From NCBI GenBank assembly GCA_963747235.1, contig CAVVEU010000020.1:1-64000 (forward strand): DNA of 64,000 bases, in the 5' to 3' direction. This stretch comes from an uncultured Candidatus Rokubacteria bacterium (GTDB taxonomy: Bacteria; Methylomirabilota; Methylomirabilia; Rokubacteriales; CSP1-6). Both the position numbers and the translations under genes were made by a program. Of this stretch, positions 20,391 to 29,942 are shown piece after piece; positions within the stretch are counted from its first letter, which is position 1, and each line of letters starts with the position of its first letter. The notes under the pieces are model-generated. The model was not told the DNA's origin, searched no databases, and saw only the letters and a program-made list of their open reading frames with translations.

Positions 20391-21023
20391 TCAGGTCTTG
20401 CTTTGCTGCTCCCGGAGCTGCGCGATGGCGCGCATCATCTCCTGGGCCGCTTCACGATACGCCTCCTTGCGTCCCTCGTCACCCGCTCTCTTGCCCTCTC
20501 GCTTGAAGCTCAGCGGGGGGCCGAAGGTCACCCGCACCTTGCCGGGCCGGGGCAGCGCCCGCCCGCGCGGCAGGGCCGCGCCGCTGCCGGACACGTACAC
20601 CGGCACCACCGGCGCGCCGCTCAGCACCGCCAGCATCCCCACCCCGGGGCGGCCGGCGCGCACCGGCTCTCCCTCCACTCCCCGCGTCCCTTCCGGAAAT
20701 ACCAGGATCGCGCGGCCCTCCTGCAGCAGGGCCAGCGAGCCCTTCAGCGCCCGCATGTCCGAGCCGTCCCGGCGCACCGGCCGCGCGTTGAGCGACCGGA
20801 TCAGCCGCCCGAAGAGCGGGATGCGGAACAGCTCCTCCTTGGCCATGAAGTAGACCGGCCGCGGCACCGAGCCGCCCACCAGCGGTGGGTCGAGCACGCT
20901 CACGTGGTTGGACACGATCAGCACCGGGCCGGTGGCGGGCACGAGCTCCCGGCCCACCGCCTCCAGCCGGAACAGGAGGCGCATCAGCACCACCGCGATC
21001 GGCTTCAGGATCGCGTACAGCAT
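20391..21023 (-). CDS. plsC: 1-acyl-sn-glycerol-3-phosphate acyltransferase
   Basis: NHVSVLD, FMAKEELF, FPEGTR motifs. Confidence 0.9.
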   Translation of the reverse strand: MLYAILKPIAVVLMRLLFRLEAVGRELVPATGPVLIVSNHVSVLDPPLVGGSVPRPVYFMAKEELFRIPLFGRLIRSLNARPVRRDGSDMRALKGSLALLQEGRAILVFPEGTRGVEGEPVRAGRPGVGMLAVLSGAPVVPVYVSGSGAALPRGRALPRPGKVRVTFGPPLSFKREGKRAGDEGRKEAYREAAQEMMRAIAQLREQQSKT

Positions 21024-21688
21024 CTCGCCTGCTCGATCACCCGCAGCAACCCGTCCACGACCTCCGTGATGCCGTGGCCGGTGGTGTCCACCACGACCGC
21101 GCCCTCCGGCTTCACCAGCGGGGCCAGCGCGCGCTCCATGTCCTGGCGATCGCGCCGGGCGATGTCCTCCCGCACCGTCTCCAGATCGCCGCCCAGCCCC
21201 CGCGCCACGAGGTCGTCGCGGCGGCGGCGGGCGCGCGTATCGAGATCGGCGTCGAGATAGAACTTCACCTCGGCCTCCGGCCACACCACGCTGCCCGTGT
21301 CGCGGCCCTCGAGGATGGCGCCGCCCGCCGCGGCCAGGCTCCGCTGGGTGGGCGTCATCTTATCTCTCACCACGCCCAGCGTCGTCAACCGCGACGTGAG
21401 CCGGCTGATCGCGGGCGTGCGGATCTCCGCGCTGACGTCCCGGCCGTTCACGAGGACGCGCGCGCCGTCGAGCCGCACGCTCGTCCGGTCCAGCACCGCG
21501 GCCAGCGCGGGACCGTCCTCGATCGCCACCCCGGCCTCCTGCACCGCCCACGCGAGCCCGCGGTAGAGCGCGCCGGTGTCGATCAGGGTGAAGCCCAGCC
21601 GGCGGGCCAGCTCCGCGGCCACCGTGGACTTGCCCGCGCCCGCGGGGCCGTCGATGGTGATCACGATGTCGCGCTGCCCGGCCTTCAC
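21005..21688 (-). CDS. cmk: Cytidylate kinase
   Basis: ITIDGPAGAGKST, DTGALYR, EGRDTG, RDRQD. Confidence 0.95.
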   Translation of the reverse strand: MKAGQRDIVITIDGPAGAGKSTVAAELARRLGFTLIDTGALYRGLAWAVQEAGVAIEDGPALAAVLDRTSVRLDGARVLVNGRDVSAEIRTPAISRLTSRLTTLGVVRDKMTPTQRSLAAAGGAILEGRDTGSVVWPEAEVKFYLDADLDTRARRRRDDLVARGLGGDLETVREDIARRDRQDMERALAPLVKPEGAVVVDTTGHGITEVVDGLLRVIEQARCCTRS

Positions 21689-22536
21689 GAGACGCCTTCT
21701 CGGACCTGACGGATGCGGTCGAGCGCGGCCTCGATGGCGGCCGCGTCCCCGGCGTCGATCAGGCGCTCCAGCTCGTCGAGCGCGGCGCGGAAGGCGCCGA
21801 GGGCCTCCGCGAGGCCCTCGCGGTTCTCCTGGAAGATCTCGCGCCACATCTGGGGATCGGAGGCCGCGATGCGGGTGGTGTCCTTGAAGCCGCGCCCCGC
21901 GATCTCGAAGAAGCGCGGGTCCATGCGCACCACCGCGTCCACCAGGGCGTCGGCCACCAGGTGCGGCAGGTGGCTGACCGCGGCGGTGGCGCGATCGTGC
22001 GTCACCGGATCGAGCGTCACGAGCCGCGCCCCGAGCGCCTCCCAGAAGGCCCCCACCCGCTTGACCGCGTGCGAATCGGTGCGCTCGGTGGGCGTGAGGA
22101 TCACGGTCGCGCCCTGGAAGAGATCCGGCCGCGAGACCGCGTAGCCGCTCTGCTCGGAGCCGGCCATCGGGTGGCTGCCCACGAAGGCGAGCGGCCGGCC
22201 GCCGCGCGCGAGGGCCTCCGCCGCTTCCACGATGCCCGCCTTGGTGCTGCCCACGTCGGTGAGCACCGCCTCCGCGGGCAACGCGTGCCAGACCGCGGGC
22301 AGCAGCGCGGTGAGCGTGGCCACCGGGGTGGCGAGCAGGCAGAAGTCGGCGCCCGCCACGCCTTCCTCGAGGCTGGTGCTGATGCGATCCACCATGCCGT
22401 CCTGGAGCGCGGGCTCGAGTCGCGCCCGGTCCCGGCCGACCGCCACGATCTCGTCGGCCAGCTTCTGCGCCCGGGCGGCTTTCGCGACCGATCCGCCCAG
22501 GAGCCCGAGACCGACCAGACTGAGGCGTCGGATCAC
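21685..22536 (-). CDS. tyrA: Prephenate/arogenate dehydrogenase
   Basis: GLGLLGGS, TDVGSTK, HPMAGSE, HD...SHLPH, DTTRIA. Confidence 0.93.
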   Translation of the reverse strand: MIRRLSLVGLGLLGGSVAKAARAQKLADEIVAVGRDRARLEPALQDGMVDRISTSLEEGVAGADFCLLATPVATLTALLPAVWHALPAEAVLTDVGSTKAGIVEAAEALARGGRPLAFVGSHPMAGSEQSGYAVSRPDLFQGATVILTPTERTDSHAVKRVGAFWEALGARLVTLDPVTHDRATAAVSHLPHLVADALVDAVVRMDPRFFEIAGRGFKDTTRIAASDPQMWREIFQENREGLAEALGAFRAALDELERLIDAGDAAAIEAALDRIRQVREGVS

Positions 22537-23648
22537 GCGCTCTTGGCCCCCGCGAGGACCTTCTTGAGCGCCTTCACGAACCGCCGGTTCTCCTCGGGGG
22601 TGCCGATGGTGACGCGCAGCGCGCTCTCCATCCCGAAGCTGGTCATGGGCCGCACGATCACGCCTTCCTTGAGCAGCCAGTGGAAGACCTCGCTGGCGCT
22701 GCGGCCCACGTCCACCAGGATGAAGTTGGCGCGCGAGGGCGCGAACTTGAGCTTCAACCCGGTGAACTCGTCGGAGAGGAAGGCGCGCCCCGCCTCGATC
22801 ATCCGCAGGCACTCCACCACGTGGGAGTCGTCCTCCATCGCGGCGAGCGCGGCGGCCTGGGCCACCGAGTTCACGTTGAAGGGCTGGCGGATGCGGTTGA
22901 GCAGCGAGATGCAGTCGGGATCGGCCACCCCGTAGCCCACCCGCAGGCCGGCCAGGCTCGCCGCCTTGGAGAAGGTGCGCAGCGAGGCGACCTTCTTCCC
23001 CTGCTTGAGGTAGGCGAGCGAGTCCGGGAAGTCGGGCCCCTGGGCGAACTCGACGTAGGCCTCGTCGAAGACGACGATGACCTTGTCGGGCACCCGCGCC
23101 ATGAAGTGCTCGACCTCGTCGGCGGTCACGATGGTGGCGGTCGGGTTGTTCGGGTTCGCGATGAACACCATCTTGGTCATCGGGGTGATCGCGCGGGCCA
23201 TCGCCTCCAGGTCGAGGCGCTGGTCCTTGAGCGTCACCACCACCCGGATCCCGCCCACCGCCTGCACGATCATCGGGTAGACCACGAAGGAGGGATGCGG
23301 GATCACCGCCTCCTCCCCGGGCCGCAGGAACGCGCGCACCATCAGCTCGATCAGGTCGTTGGACCCGTTGCCGAGGATGACGTGATCGGAGGAGAGCCCG
23401 TGCCGTCGCGCGATGGCCTGGCGCAGGTAGTAGCCGCTGCCGTCCGGATAGCGGTTGATGTGGGTGAGCGCCGCCTGCATCGCCTTCATCACCCGGTCCG
23501 AGGGGGCCAGCGGGTTCTCGTTGGAGGCGAGCTTGATGACGTCGCTGATGCCGAGCTCGCGCTCGAGCTCCTCGATCGGCTTGCCGGGCTCGTAGGGCGC
23601 GATGCCCAGGATGTGATCGTTGGCCAGTGATTCCCAGGACGCACTCAT
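22533..23648 (-). CDS. hisC: Histidinol-phosphate aminotransferase
   Basis: KLASNENP, NPNNPT, DEAY, RTFSKAASLAGLRVGY. Confidence 0.95.
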   Translation of the reverse strand: MSASWESLANDHILGIAPYEPGKPIEELERELGISDVIKLASNENPLAPSDRVMKAMQAALTHINRYPDGSGYYLRQAIARRHGLSSDHVILGNGSNDLIELMVRAFLRPGEEAVIPHPSFVVYPMIVQAVGGIRVVVTLKDQRLDLEAMARAITPMTKMVFIANPNNPTATIVTADEVEHFMARVPDKVIVVFDEAYVEFAQGPDFPDSLAYLKQGKKVASLRTFSKAASLAGLRVGYGVADPDCISLLNRIRQPFNVNSVAQAAALAAMEDDSHVVECLRMIEAGRAFLSDEFTGLKLKFAPSRANFILVDVGRSASEVFHWLLKEGVIVRPMTSFGMESALRVTIGTPEENRRFVKALKKVLAGAKSA

Positions 23649-23660
23649 TTCGGATGCTCC

Positions 23661-24722
23661 TTACGCGGCCGGGTACGAGCCGAGGATCTTGAGGAACTGA
23701 CAGCGCTCCCGGACCTCGGCCAGCACGTTCCGGACGTTTTCGGTCTCGCTATGCCCCTCGAAGTCCACGAAGTTGACGTACTCCCAGGGGCGACGTTTTG
23801 TGGGTCGGGACTCGATCTTGGTCAGGTTGAGCCGGTGGGCCGCGAACGGCTTCAGGATGCTGTAGAGCACGCCCGGCTCGTTCTTCATCGAGAAGAGGAT
23901 GGACGTCTTGTCCCGCCCGGTGGGCCCGACGGGCTGCCGTCCGATGACGAGGAAGCGCGTGGAGTTCGCCGGGTTGTCCTCGATGCGCCGCCGGAGGATC
24001 GGCACGCCGTGCACCTGCGCGGCGATGTCGGAGGCGATGGCGGCCACCGTGGCGTCGTCGCGCGCCCGCTCCACCGCGGCCGCGGTGGACGGCGTCTCCT
24101 CGGTGATCGCCTCCGGCATGTGGGCCGCGAGCCAGCCGCGGCACTGGGCGAGGCCCTGCGGATGCGAGCACACCACCTTCACCTCGCCGAGCTCGCCGGC
24201 GCGCGTGATGAGGTGCTGCGAGATGTCGAGCGTCATCTCGCCGGTGATCGTCACGTCGGAGTCGAGGAGCCGGTCGAGCGTCACGTTGACCGCGCCGTCG
24301 GTCGAGTTCTCCACCGGGACCACGCCGAACTCGGCCCGGCCGCGCTCCACCTCGTCGAAGATCTCCGCGATCGTGCGCACGGCCAGAAGCTGCGCGGAGG
24401 AGCCGAAGCGGCGGACCGCCGCCTGGTGCGTGAAGGTGCCCGGGGGGCCGAGATAGGCGACCGGCAGCGGGTGCTCGAGCGCGAGCGAGGCGGAGAGGAT
24501 CTCGCGCCAGATGGCGCGGATGGCGTCGCCCGCGAGCGGACCTCCGGTCAATCCGACGAGACGATCGAGAACCTGGGCTTCGCGCTCGGGAATGTAGTAC
24601 GGAAGACCCTGCTGCCTCTTGAGCTCGCCGATCCGAAGGGCGGCGGTACCACGCTGGTTGAGGAGTTTGAGGATCTCTTCGTCGAGGCTATTGATCCTGG
24701 ATCGCCAATCGTCCAGGTTCAT
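23661..24722 (-). CDS. pheA: Chorismate mutase/prephenate dehydratase (P-protein)
   Basis: N-terminal chorismate mutase domain, YLGPPGTFT, PVENSTDG, NSTRFLVI, NLTKIESRP. Confidence 0.95.
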   Translation of the reverse strand: MNLDDWRSRINSLDEEILKLLNQRGTAALRIGELKRQQGLPYYIPEREAQVLDRLVGLTGGPLAGDAIRAIWREILSASLALEHPLPVAYLGPPGTFTHQAAVRRFGSSAQLLAVRTIAEIFDEVERGRAEFGVVPVENSTDGAVNVTLDRLLDSDVTITGEMTLDISQHLITRAGELGEVKVVCSHPQGLAQCRGWLAAHMPEAITEETPSTAAAVERARDDATVAAIASDIAAQVHGVPILRRRIEDNPANSTRFLVIGRQPVGPTGRDKTSILFSMKNEPGVLYSILKPFAAHRLNLTKIESRPTKRRPWEYVNFVDFEGHSETENVRNVLAEVRERCQFLKILGSYPAA

Positions 24723-24761
24723 CGGGGGCTCCTGAAGCACGTCGGTCGCGTAACCCCAGGC

Positions 24762-24790
24762 ACTATAGCGGAACCCTACCCCCCACGCAA
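24762..24790 (-). promoter_or_regulatory. Sigma-70-type promoter for the pheA operon
   Basis: TTGCGT (24790-24785), 17 nt spacer, TATAGT (24767-24762). Confidence 0.65.
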
Positions 24791-25502
24791 GCTCTCAAGG
24801 GCCCTCAGCTCGACCGGTGTCAGCACGCGGTGCGCGCCCGGGGCCAGGTCCCCCAGGCGGAGTGGGCCGAACTGCACGCGCCGGAGCCGCTCGACCGGAT
24901 GGCCCAGCGCGGTGCAGTAGCGCTTGACCTCGCGGTAGCGCCCTTCCGCGAACGTCACGCTGAGCCGGGTGCTCCGCGGCCCGACCGACAGGCGGCTGAC
25001 GCGCTTGGGCACCGCGGGACCGTCGGGAAGCACCACGCCGCGACGCCAGCGCGGCAGGTCCGCCAGGTCCACGCGGCCGCGGACCTCCACTTCGTACACG
25101 CGCGGGATCTCGTAGCGCGGGTGGAGCAGCCGGTTGGCGAGCTCGCCGTCATTGGTGAGCAGGAGCAGCCCCTCCGCGTCGATGTCGAGGCGTCCCACCG
25201 GGTACACGATGCGCGCGGCGGGCGGGAGCAGGTCGAGCACCACCGGCCGCCCCGCCGGATCACTGGCGAGTCGTCACGTAGCCGCGCAACTTGTGCAGCA
25301 GCAGATACTGCAGCGGCGCGCGCCCGGGAAGCGGACGGCCGTCGAGCGTGATGCGATCTTGCTCGGGGTCCGCCTGGGCGCCCGGCTCGAGCCGGACTCG
25401 ACCGTTGACGGTGACGCGTCCGTCCGCGAGCAGCCCTTCAGCTGCTCGCCGTGACGCGATCCCCGCCTGAGCCAGGATCTTGCTCAGTCGGATCGTCGGC
25501 AG
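24776..25502 (-). CDS. rluB: rRNA pseudouridine synthase (RluB/RsuA family); apparent indels at 25250-25370
   Basis: S4 domain [31 protein letters not shown], catalytic [17 protein letters not shown]; follows scpB. Confidence 0.8.
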
Positions 25503-26086
25503 CGGCGGTCTCCTCGTGCTCGGGCCCGGGCTCGGTGAGCTGCGCGGCCGCGGTCTCCGCGAGCTCGGGCACGATCAGCTCGCCCTCCACCTTCGGCAGG
25601 TCGTTGAGGTCGCGGAGCCCGAAGGCGACCAGGAACTCGCGCGTGGTCTCGTAGAGGAACGGGCGGCCCGGCGATTCCTTGCGGCCCGCGATGCGGATCA
25701 TGCGCCGCTCGAGCAGGTTCTCCAGCACCGCGTCCGAGTTGACGCCGCGAATCGCGTCCACCTCGGGGCGCGAGACCGGCTGCCGGTAGCCGATGATGGC
25801 CAGCGTCTCGAGCGACGGGACGCGAGAGGCGCGAGCGGGTACGGCTGCGGGCGAGCTTCACGAGCCAGGGGGCGATCTCCGGGCGCGTCACCAGGCGGAA
25901 GCCGCCGCCCACCTCCATCACCTGCAGGGCGCGCCCTTCCGCGTCCAGCCGGCCGCGCAGGCTCTCGACGATCTCGCGGGCGACCGCGGGCGACTCGAGG
26001 TCGAGCACCTCCTGGATGCGGGAGGCCTCCACCGGAGTGTCCGAGGCGAAGAGCAGCGCTTCGACGACGTCGATGATCTCAGGCAT
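25438..26086 (-). CDS. scpB: Segregation and condensation protein B; apparent frameshift near 25820
   Basis: VEALLFAS..., [33 protein letters not shown]. Confidence 0.9.
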
Positions 26087-26939
26087 TCAAGGACTCCCCA
26101 GGTTCTGGTCGTGGTTCGTCTTGCGGTGGTTCCTCGATCTCCGGCGGGTCCTCGATCACGCGCGCGGGCTCCCGCACGCTGACCGCGTTCCGCTCGATGA
26201 CGATCTCGCCGAAGAGCTCGGCCTGGCGCGCCCGCGCCTCACCCAGGCGGACCAGCTCCAGCAGGGCCAGGAGCGTCACCACCCACTCGGCCCGGATGCG
26301 CTCGGGGCCCGCGACCGAGGAGAAGAGCAGCGACCAGGTGCTGCGCAGCAGCTCGACCATCTCGCTCATGCGCTCGAGCACCGAGAGCGGGTTGGGCTCC
26401 ACCTGCCGCGGCACCCGGCGCTTCTGGTCCTCGATGAGCCGCTGCATCGCGCGCTGCAGGAGGTGCACCGAGAGATCCTCGAGCGGGATGTCCTCGGGCG
26501 GCGGCAGCTCGGCGGTGGTGCGGCCGTAGATGAGGGTTTGCTCCGCCTCGCGCTCGGAGAGCCAGGTGCCGAACGCCTTGACCCGGGCGTACTCGCGCAG
26601 CCGCTCCTCCAGCTCGCGCTTGAGCATCTCCCCTTCGTCGTCCAGCAGCTCGTCCGGGTCGTCCGGGTTGGCGGGCAGCAGGAGCTTGGACTTGAGGTAG
26701 ATCAGGGTCGCGGCCATGACCATGAAGGAGCCGGCGGTCTCCAGATCCTGGAAGCGCACCGCCTCGAGGTGGGTCAGATACTGATCGGTGATCGTGCGCA
26801 GCGAGAGCTTTGAGAGATCCATCTCGTTGGTGCGGCAGAGATGGAGCAGCAGATCCAGCGGGCCGACAAAGGACTCGACGCGGACGGTGATGCCGGAGTC
26901 CTGGACGGCTCCTTGGGTGGTCGTGTCGGGCGCGCTCAT
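26079..26939 (-). CDS. scpA: Segregation and condensation protein A (kleisin)
   Basis: FVGPLDLLLHL, MAATLIYLKSKLLLP, LALLELVR...FGEI. Confidence 0.95.
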   Translation of the reverse strand: MSAPDTTTQGAVQDSGITVRVESFVGPLDLLLHLCRTNEMDLSKLSLRTITDQYLTHLEAVRFQDLETAGSFMVMAATLIYLKSKLLLPANPDDPDELLDDEGEMLKRELEERLREYARVKAFGTWLSEREAEQTLIYGRTTAELPPPEDIPLEDLSVHLLQRAMQRLIEDQKRRVPRQVEPNPLSVLERMSEMVELLRSTWSLLFSSVAGPERIRAEWVVTLLALLELVRLGEARARQAELFGEIVIERNAVSVREPARVIEDPPEIEEPPQDEPRPEPGESLNA

Positions 26940-27136
26940 CTATCCAATGCGGGGGCCCAGAAATGGCCCCCGCACTCCCCCAGTCCGCGGACAACCGGCG
27001 AAACACGCCCGCACTCCCCCGGTCCGCGGACAACCGGCGAAACACGCGCGCAACCCCCCGGTCCGCGGGCAACCGGAGAAACACGCCGGCATTGCGTCTG
27101 TCGGCGGACCTTCGTTCCGGCGCTGACCATCGTCAT
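26936..27136 (-). CDS. Putative 66-aa repeat-derived small ORF bridging trpS and scpA
   Basis: ATG overlaps the trpS TGA and its TGA overlaps the scpA ATG (ATGA at both ends); no protein homology recognised. Confidence 0.4.
   Translation of the reverse strand: MTMVSAGTKVRRQTQCRRVSPVARGPGGCARVSPVVRGPGECGRVSPVVRGLGECGGHFWAPALDR
26948..27085 (+). repeat. Palindromic repeat element, copy 2, extended by three tandem 39-bp units
   Basis: Hairpin at 26948-26974; units cccgcactccccc(a/g)gtccgcggacaaccggcgaaacacg at 26969-27007, 27008-27046 and 27047-27085 (third degenerate). Confidence 0.95.
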
Positions 27137-28125
27137 GGTTCTAGCCGTACCGCGTCGTGGACTTCTTCCATGGTTTGCTGGGCGACGCGGCGGGCGCGCT
27201 TGGAGCCTTCGTGCAGGATCTCGACGATCGCCTGGGGCTTCTCGACGAAGCGCTGGCGGCGCTCCCGGATCTCGGCCAGCGGCGGCAGCATGTGCTTGAG
27301 CAGCACGCCCTTGCAGTCGAGGCAGCCGATGCCGGCGGTGCGGCAGCCCGTCGCGCAGGCCTCGCGGTCCGCGTCGGGCGTGAAGATCCGGTGCAGATCG
27401 AAGACCGGGCAGATGTCCGGGTTCCCGGGATCGGAGCGGCGTTTGCGCGCGGGATCCGTGACCATCGGCTTGATCTTGGCCGTGATCTCCTCGGTGGTGT
27501 CGGACAGATAGATGGCGTTGCCGTAGGACTTCGACATCTTCCGCCCGTCCGTGCCCGGCACCTTCGGGATCTGGGTCAGCTTGGCCTGCGGCTCCGGGAA
27601 CACGGATTTCCACGTGTGGTTGAATCGGCGCGCCACCTCGCGGGTCAGCTCGATGTGCGGCACCTGGTCGGCGCCCACCGGGACCCACTGGGCCTTGTAC
27701 ATCAGGATATCCGCGGACTGGAGCAGCGGGTAGCCGAGCAGGCCGTAGGAGGGCGATTCGATGCCGAGCTGCTCCACCATCTCCTTGTAGGTCGGGACCC
27801 GCTCGAGCCAGGTCACCGGGACGGCCATGGAGAAGAGCAGGTGCAGCTCGGCGTGCTCCGGCACCAGGGACTGGATGAAGAGCGTGGACTTCTCGGGATC
27901 GAGCCCGGCCCCGAGCCAGTCGGCGCCCATCTCGATCGTGTCCCGAGGGACCTCGGCGATGCCGCCCGGATTCGTGGTGAGCACGTGCCAGTTGGCGACG
28001 AAGTAGAAGCACTCGAAATTATCCTGGAGCTTCACCCAGTTCTCGAGCGCCCCCAGGTAGTTGCCGAGGTGGAGCTGGCCGGTCGGCCGCATCCCCGACA
28101 GCACGCGTTCCCGCGATCCGGTCAT
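27133..28125 (-). CDS. trpS: Tryptophan--tRNA ligase
   Basis: SGMRPTGQLHLGNY, YPLLQSADIL, VPVGADQ, KMSKS. Confidence 0.97.
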   Translation of the reverse strand: MTGSRERVLSGMRPTGQLHLGNYLGALENWVKLQDNFECFYFVANWHVLTTNPGGIAEVPRDTIEMGADWLGAGLDPEKSTLFIQSLVPEHAELHLLFSMAVPVTWLERVPTYKEMVEQLGIESPSYGLLGYPLLQSADILMYKAQWVPVGADQVPHIELTREVARRFNHTWKSVFPEPQAKLTQIPKVPGTDGRKMSKSYGNAIYLSDTTEEITAKIKPMVTDPARKRRSDPGNPDICPVFDLHRIFTPDADREACATGCRTAGIGCLDCKGVLLKHMLPPLAEIRERRQRFVEKPQAIVEILHEGSKRARRVAQQTMEEVHDAVRLEP

Positions 28126-28131
28126 GACGCT

Positions 28132-28899
28132 CTAGTCACCCTCTCCGGGCTTCCGGCCCCGCCGGGTCTCCCATACCTTGGCCATGCGCAGGAAGACGTA
28201 CTCGGCGTAGAGGACGGCGAGGACGAACCCCCGCCAGCCGTCCAGGAAGCCTCGGTGAACAATGTACATGGAAAAGAAGCGGCCGAGGGGCCGAGTCACG
28301 AGCCCCATGAGCCCGACCCGCCGGCCCCGCCGGATCCAGTCCTGCGCGGAGAGGGTCGAGTAGCGATTGGAGCGGCGGACGAAGTCCTCGAGGTCGCGGT
28401 ACGAGTGGTGCAGCATCGGCTCGGCGAGCGCTTCCACCCGCCCCGACACGGTGACCGACTCGTGGACCGCGTTCTCCACGAAGCGCCCGGCGCTCCGTCG
28501 GAAGAGCCGGAGCTGGTAGTCCGGATAGAGGCCGCCGTGGCGCACCCACGCTCCCCAGAAGATGTTCCGCCGCGGGATCGAGTAGCCGTCCGCCGCGCTC
28601 TCGTCCTTGAGGATCGCGCGGACGCGGTCGCGCAGCTCGGGGGTCACCCGCTCGTCGGCGTCGAGCGAGAGGATCCAGTCGCCGGTCGCCTGGTCGATGG
28701 CGAAGTTCTTCTGGGCCGCGAAGCCGGGCCACGGGCGCACCGAGACCTTGTCGGTGAACTCGTGCGCGATCTGCACCGTCTTGTCGCCCGACTCGGCGTC
28801 CACCACCACGATCTCGTCCGCCCAGGCCACGCTCTCGAGGCAGCCGCGCAGGCGCTCCTCCTCGTTCCACGCGATGATGGTCACCGAGAGCCGGCTCAC
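28132..28899 (-). CDS. GT2 glycosyltransferase (LPS core beta-1,4-glucosyltransferase, WaaE/KdtX-like)
   Basis: LSVTIIAWNEE, VVVDAESGDKT, FAAQKNFA, LDADE, YPDYQLRLF, VHE. Confidence 0.9.
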   Translation of the reverse strand: MSRLSVTIIAWNEEERLRGCLESVAWADEIVVVDAESGDKTVQIAHEFTDKVSVRPWPGFAAQKNFAIDQATGDWILSLDADERVTPELRDRVRAILKDESAADGYSIPRRNIFWGAWVRHGGLYPDYQLRLFRRSAGRFVENAVHESVTVSGRVEALAEPMLHHSYRDLEDFVRRSNRYSTLSAQDWIRRGRRVGLMGLVTRPLGRFFSMYIVHRGFLDGWRGFVLAVLYAEYVFLRMAKVWETRRGRKPGEGD

Positions 28900-29942
28900 G
28901 GCGCGGCCTCCCGCACGGGCGAGCATGGCCAGCGCCGCGTCCACCGCCATGTCCGGCGCCAGACCCGCCATCGTGCCGTCCGGGCTCTGGAGCCCGCGGC
29001 TGTGCGGGCCGTAGGGGCCGTTGCGCTCCGCGCGCGTCGGCCCGAAGAGGCCGAGGCTCGGCGTGCCCAGCGCCGCGGCCAGGTGCAGCGGCCCGGTGTC
29101 GTTGGCCACCATGAGCGAGGCGCGGCGCAGCAGGGCCGCCAGCTCGTGCAGGTCCGTGGGCGGCGCGAGGATCGCGCGCGCGCTCGATCCCTCGCGGATC
29201 TGGCGCGCCATGTGGATCTCGTCGGGGCCCCACAGGAGGAGGACCTTCACGTTGGGCTCGCTGGCCGAGCCGGTCCGCGAGGCGCCGGAAATGCGCGACC
29301 GGCCACTGCTTGTTCGCGCGGCCCGCGCCGGGATTCACCGCGACCAGCAGGTCGCGGCTCTTCACGCCCTGCTCGCCCAGGAAGTCGTCCATGCGCAGGG
29401 TCGCGCGCGCGGGGATCGGCACGAGGAACTCGACCGGCCCCGGCGGGATGCCGAGCGGGCCGAGGAGGGACAGGTACTGGTCCACCACGTGCACCGCCTC
29501 GGCGGGCGGGCGCACGCGCCGGTTCGTGAAGAGGCAGTTCAGGCCCTCGCGGCAGTGATCGGCGGTGAAGCCGATGCGCAGCGGCGCGCCGGTATAGGCG
29601 GTGAGCAGCCCGCTCTTGATGAGGCCCTGCAGATCGATGGCGACGTCGAAGCGGGCCGCGCGGATGCGCCCGCGCAGCCGGCCGACCTTGGCCACCACCT
29701 CGCGCACGCCCGACGGGCGCCGGATGAGCCGCCGCCAGAGCCGCGTGTCCACCGGCACCACCGTGTCGAGGTCCGGGTGGTCCTTCAGCAGGGCGTACTC
29801 GCGCGCCTCCACGATCCACGCGAGGTGGATGCCGGGCCGCGCCCGGCGGAGCGCGCGCGCCACCGGGATCGCGTGGATGACGTCGCCGAGGGACGAGAGC
29901 TTTGACGATGGCGACTTTCGTCGTCAGTTGCTCGGGTCTCAC
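28896..29942 (-). CDS. waaC: LPS heptosyltransferase I (GT9); apparent indels near 29900, 29260 and possibly 28915
   Basis: [52 protein letters not shown]. Confidence 0.8.

Noticed and set aside
26948-27085. CRISPR array
   Set aside because: The units are contiguous near-identical 39-mers with no unique spacers, and no cas genes are in the window
26936-27136. Trp attenuator leader peptide or RiPP precursor
   Set aside because: It lies downstream of trpS, has a single Trp, and has no adjacent RiPP maturase or transporter
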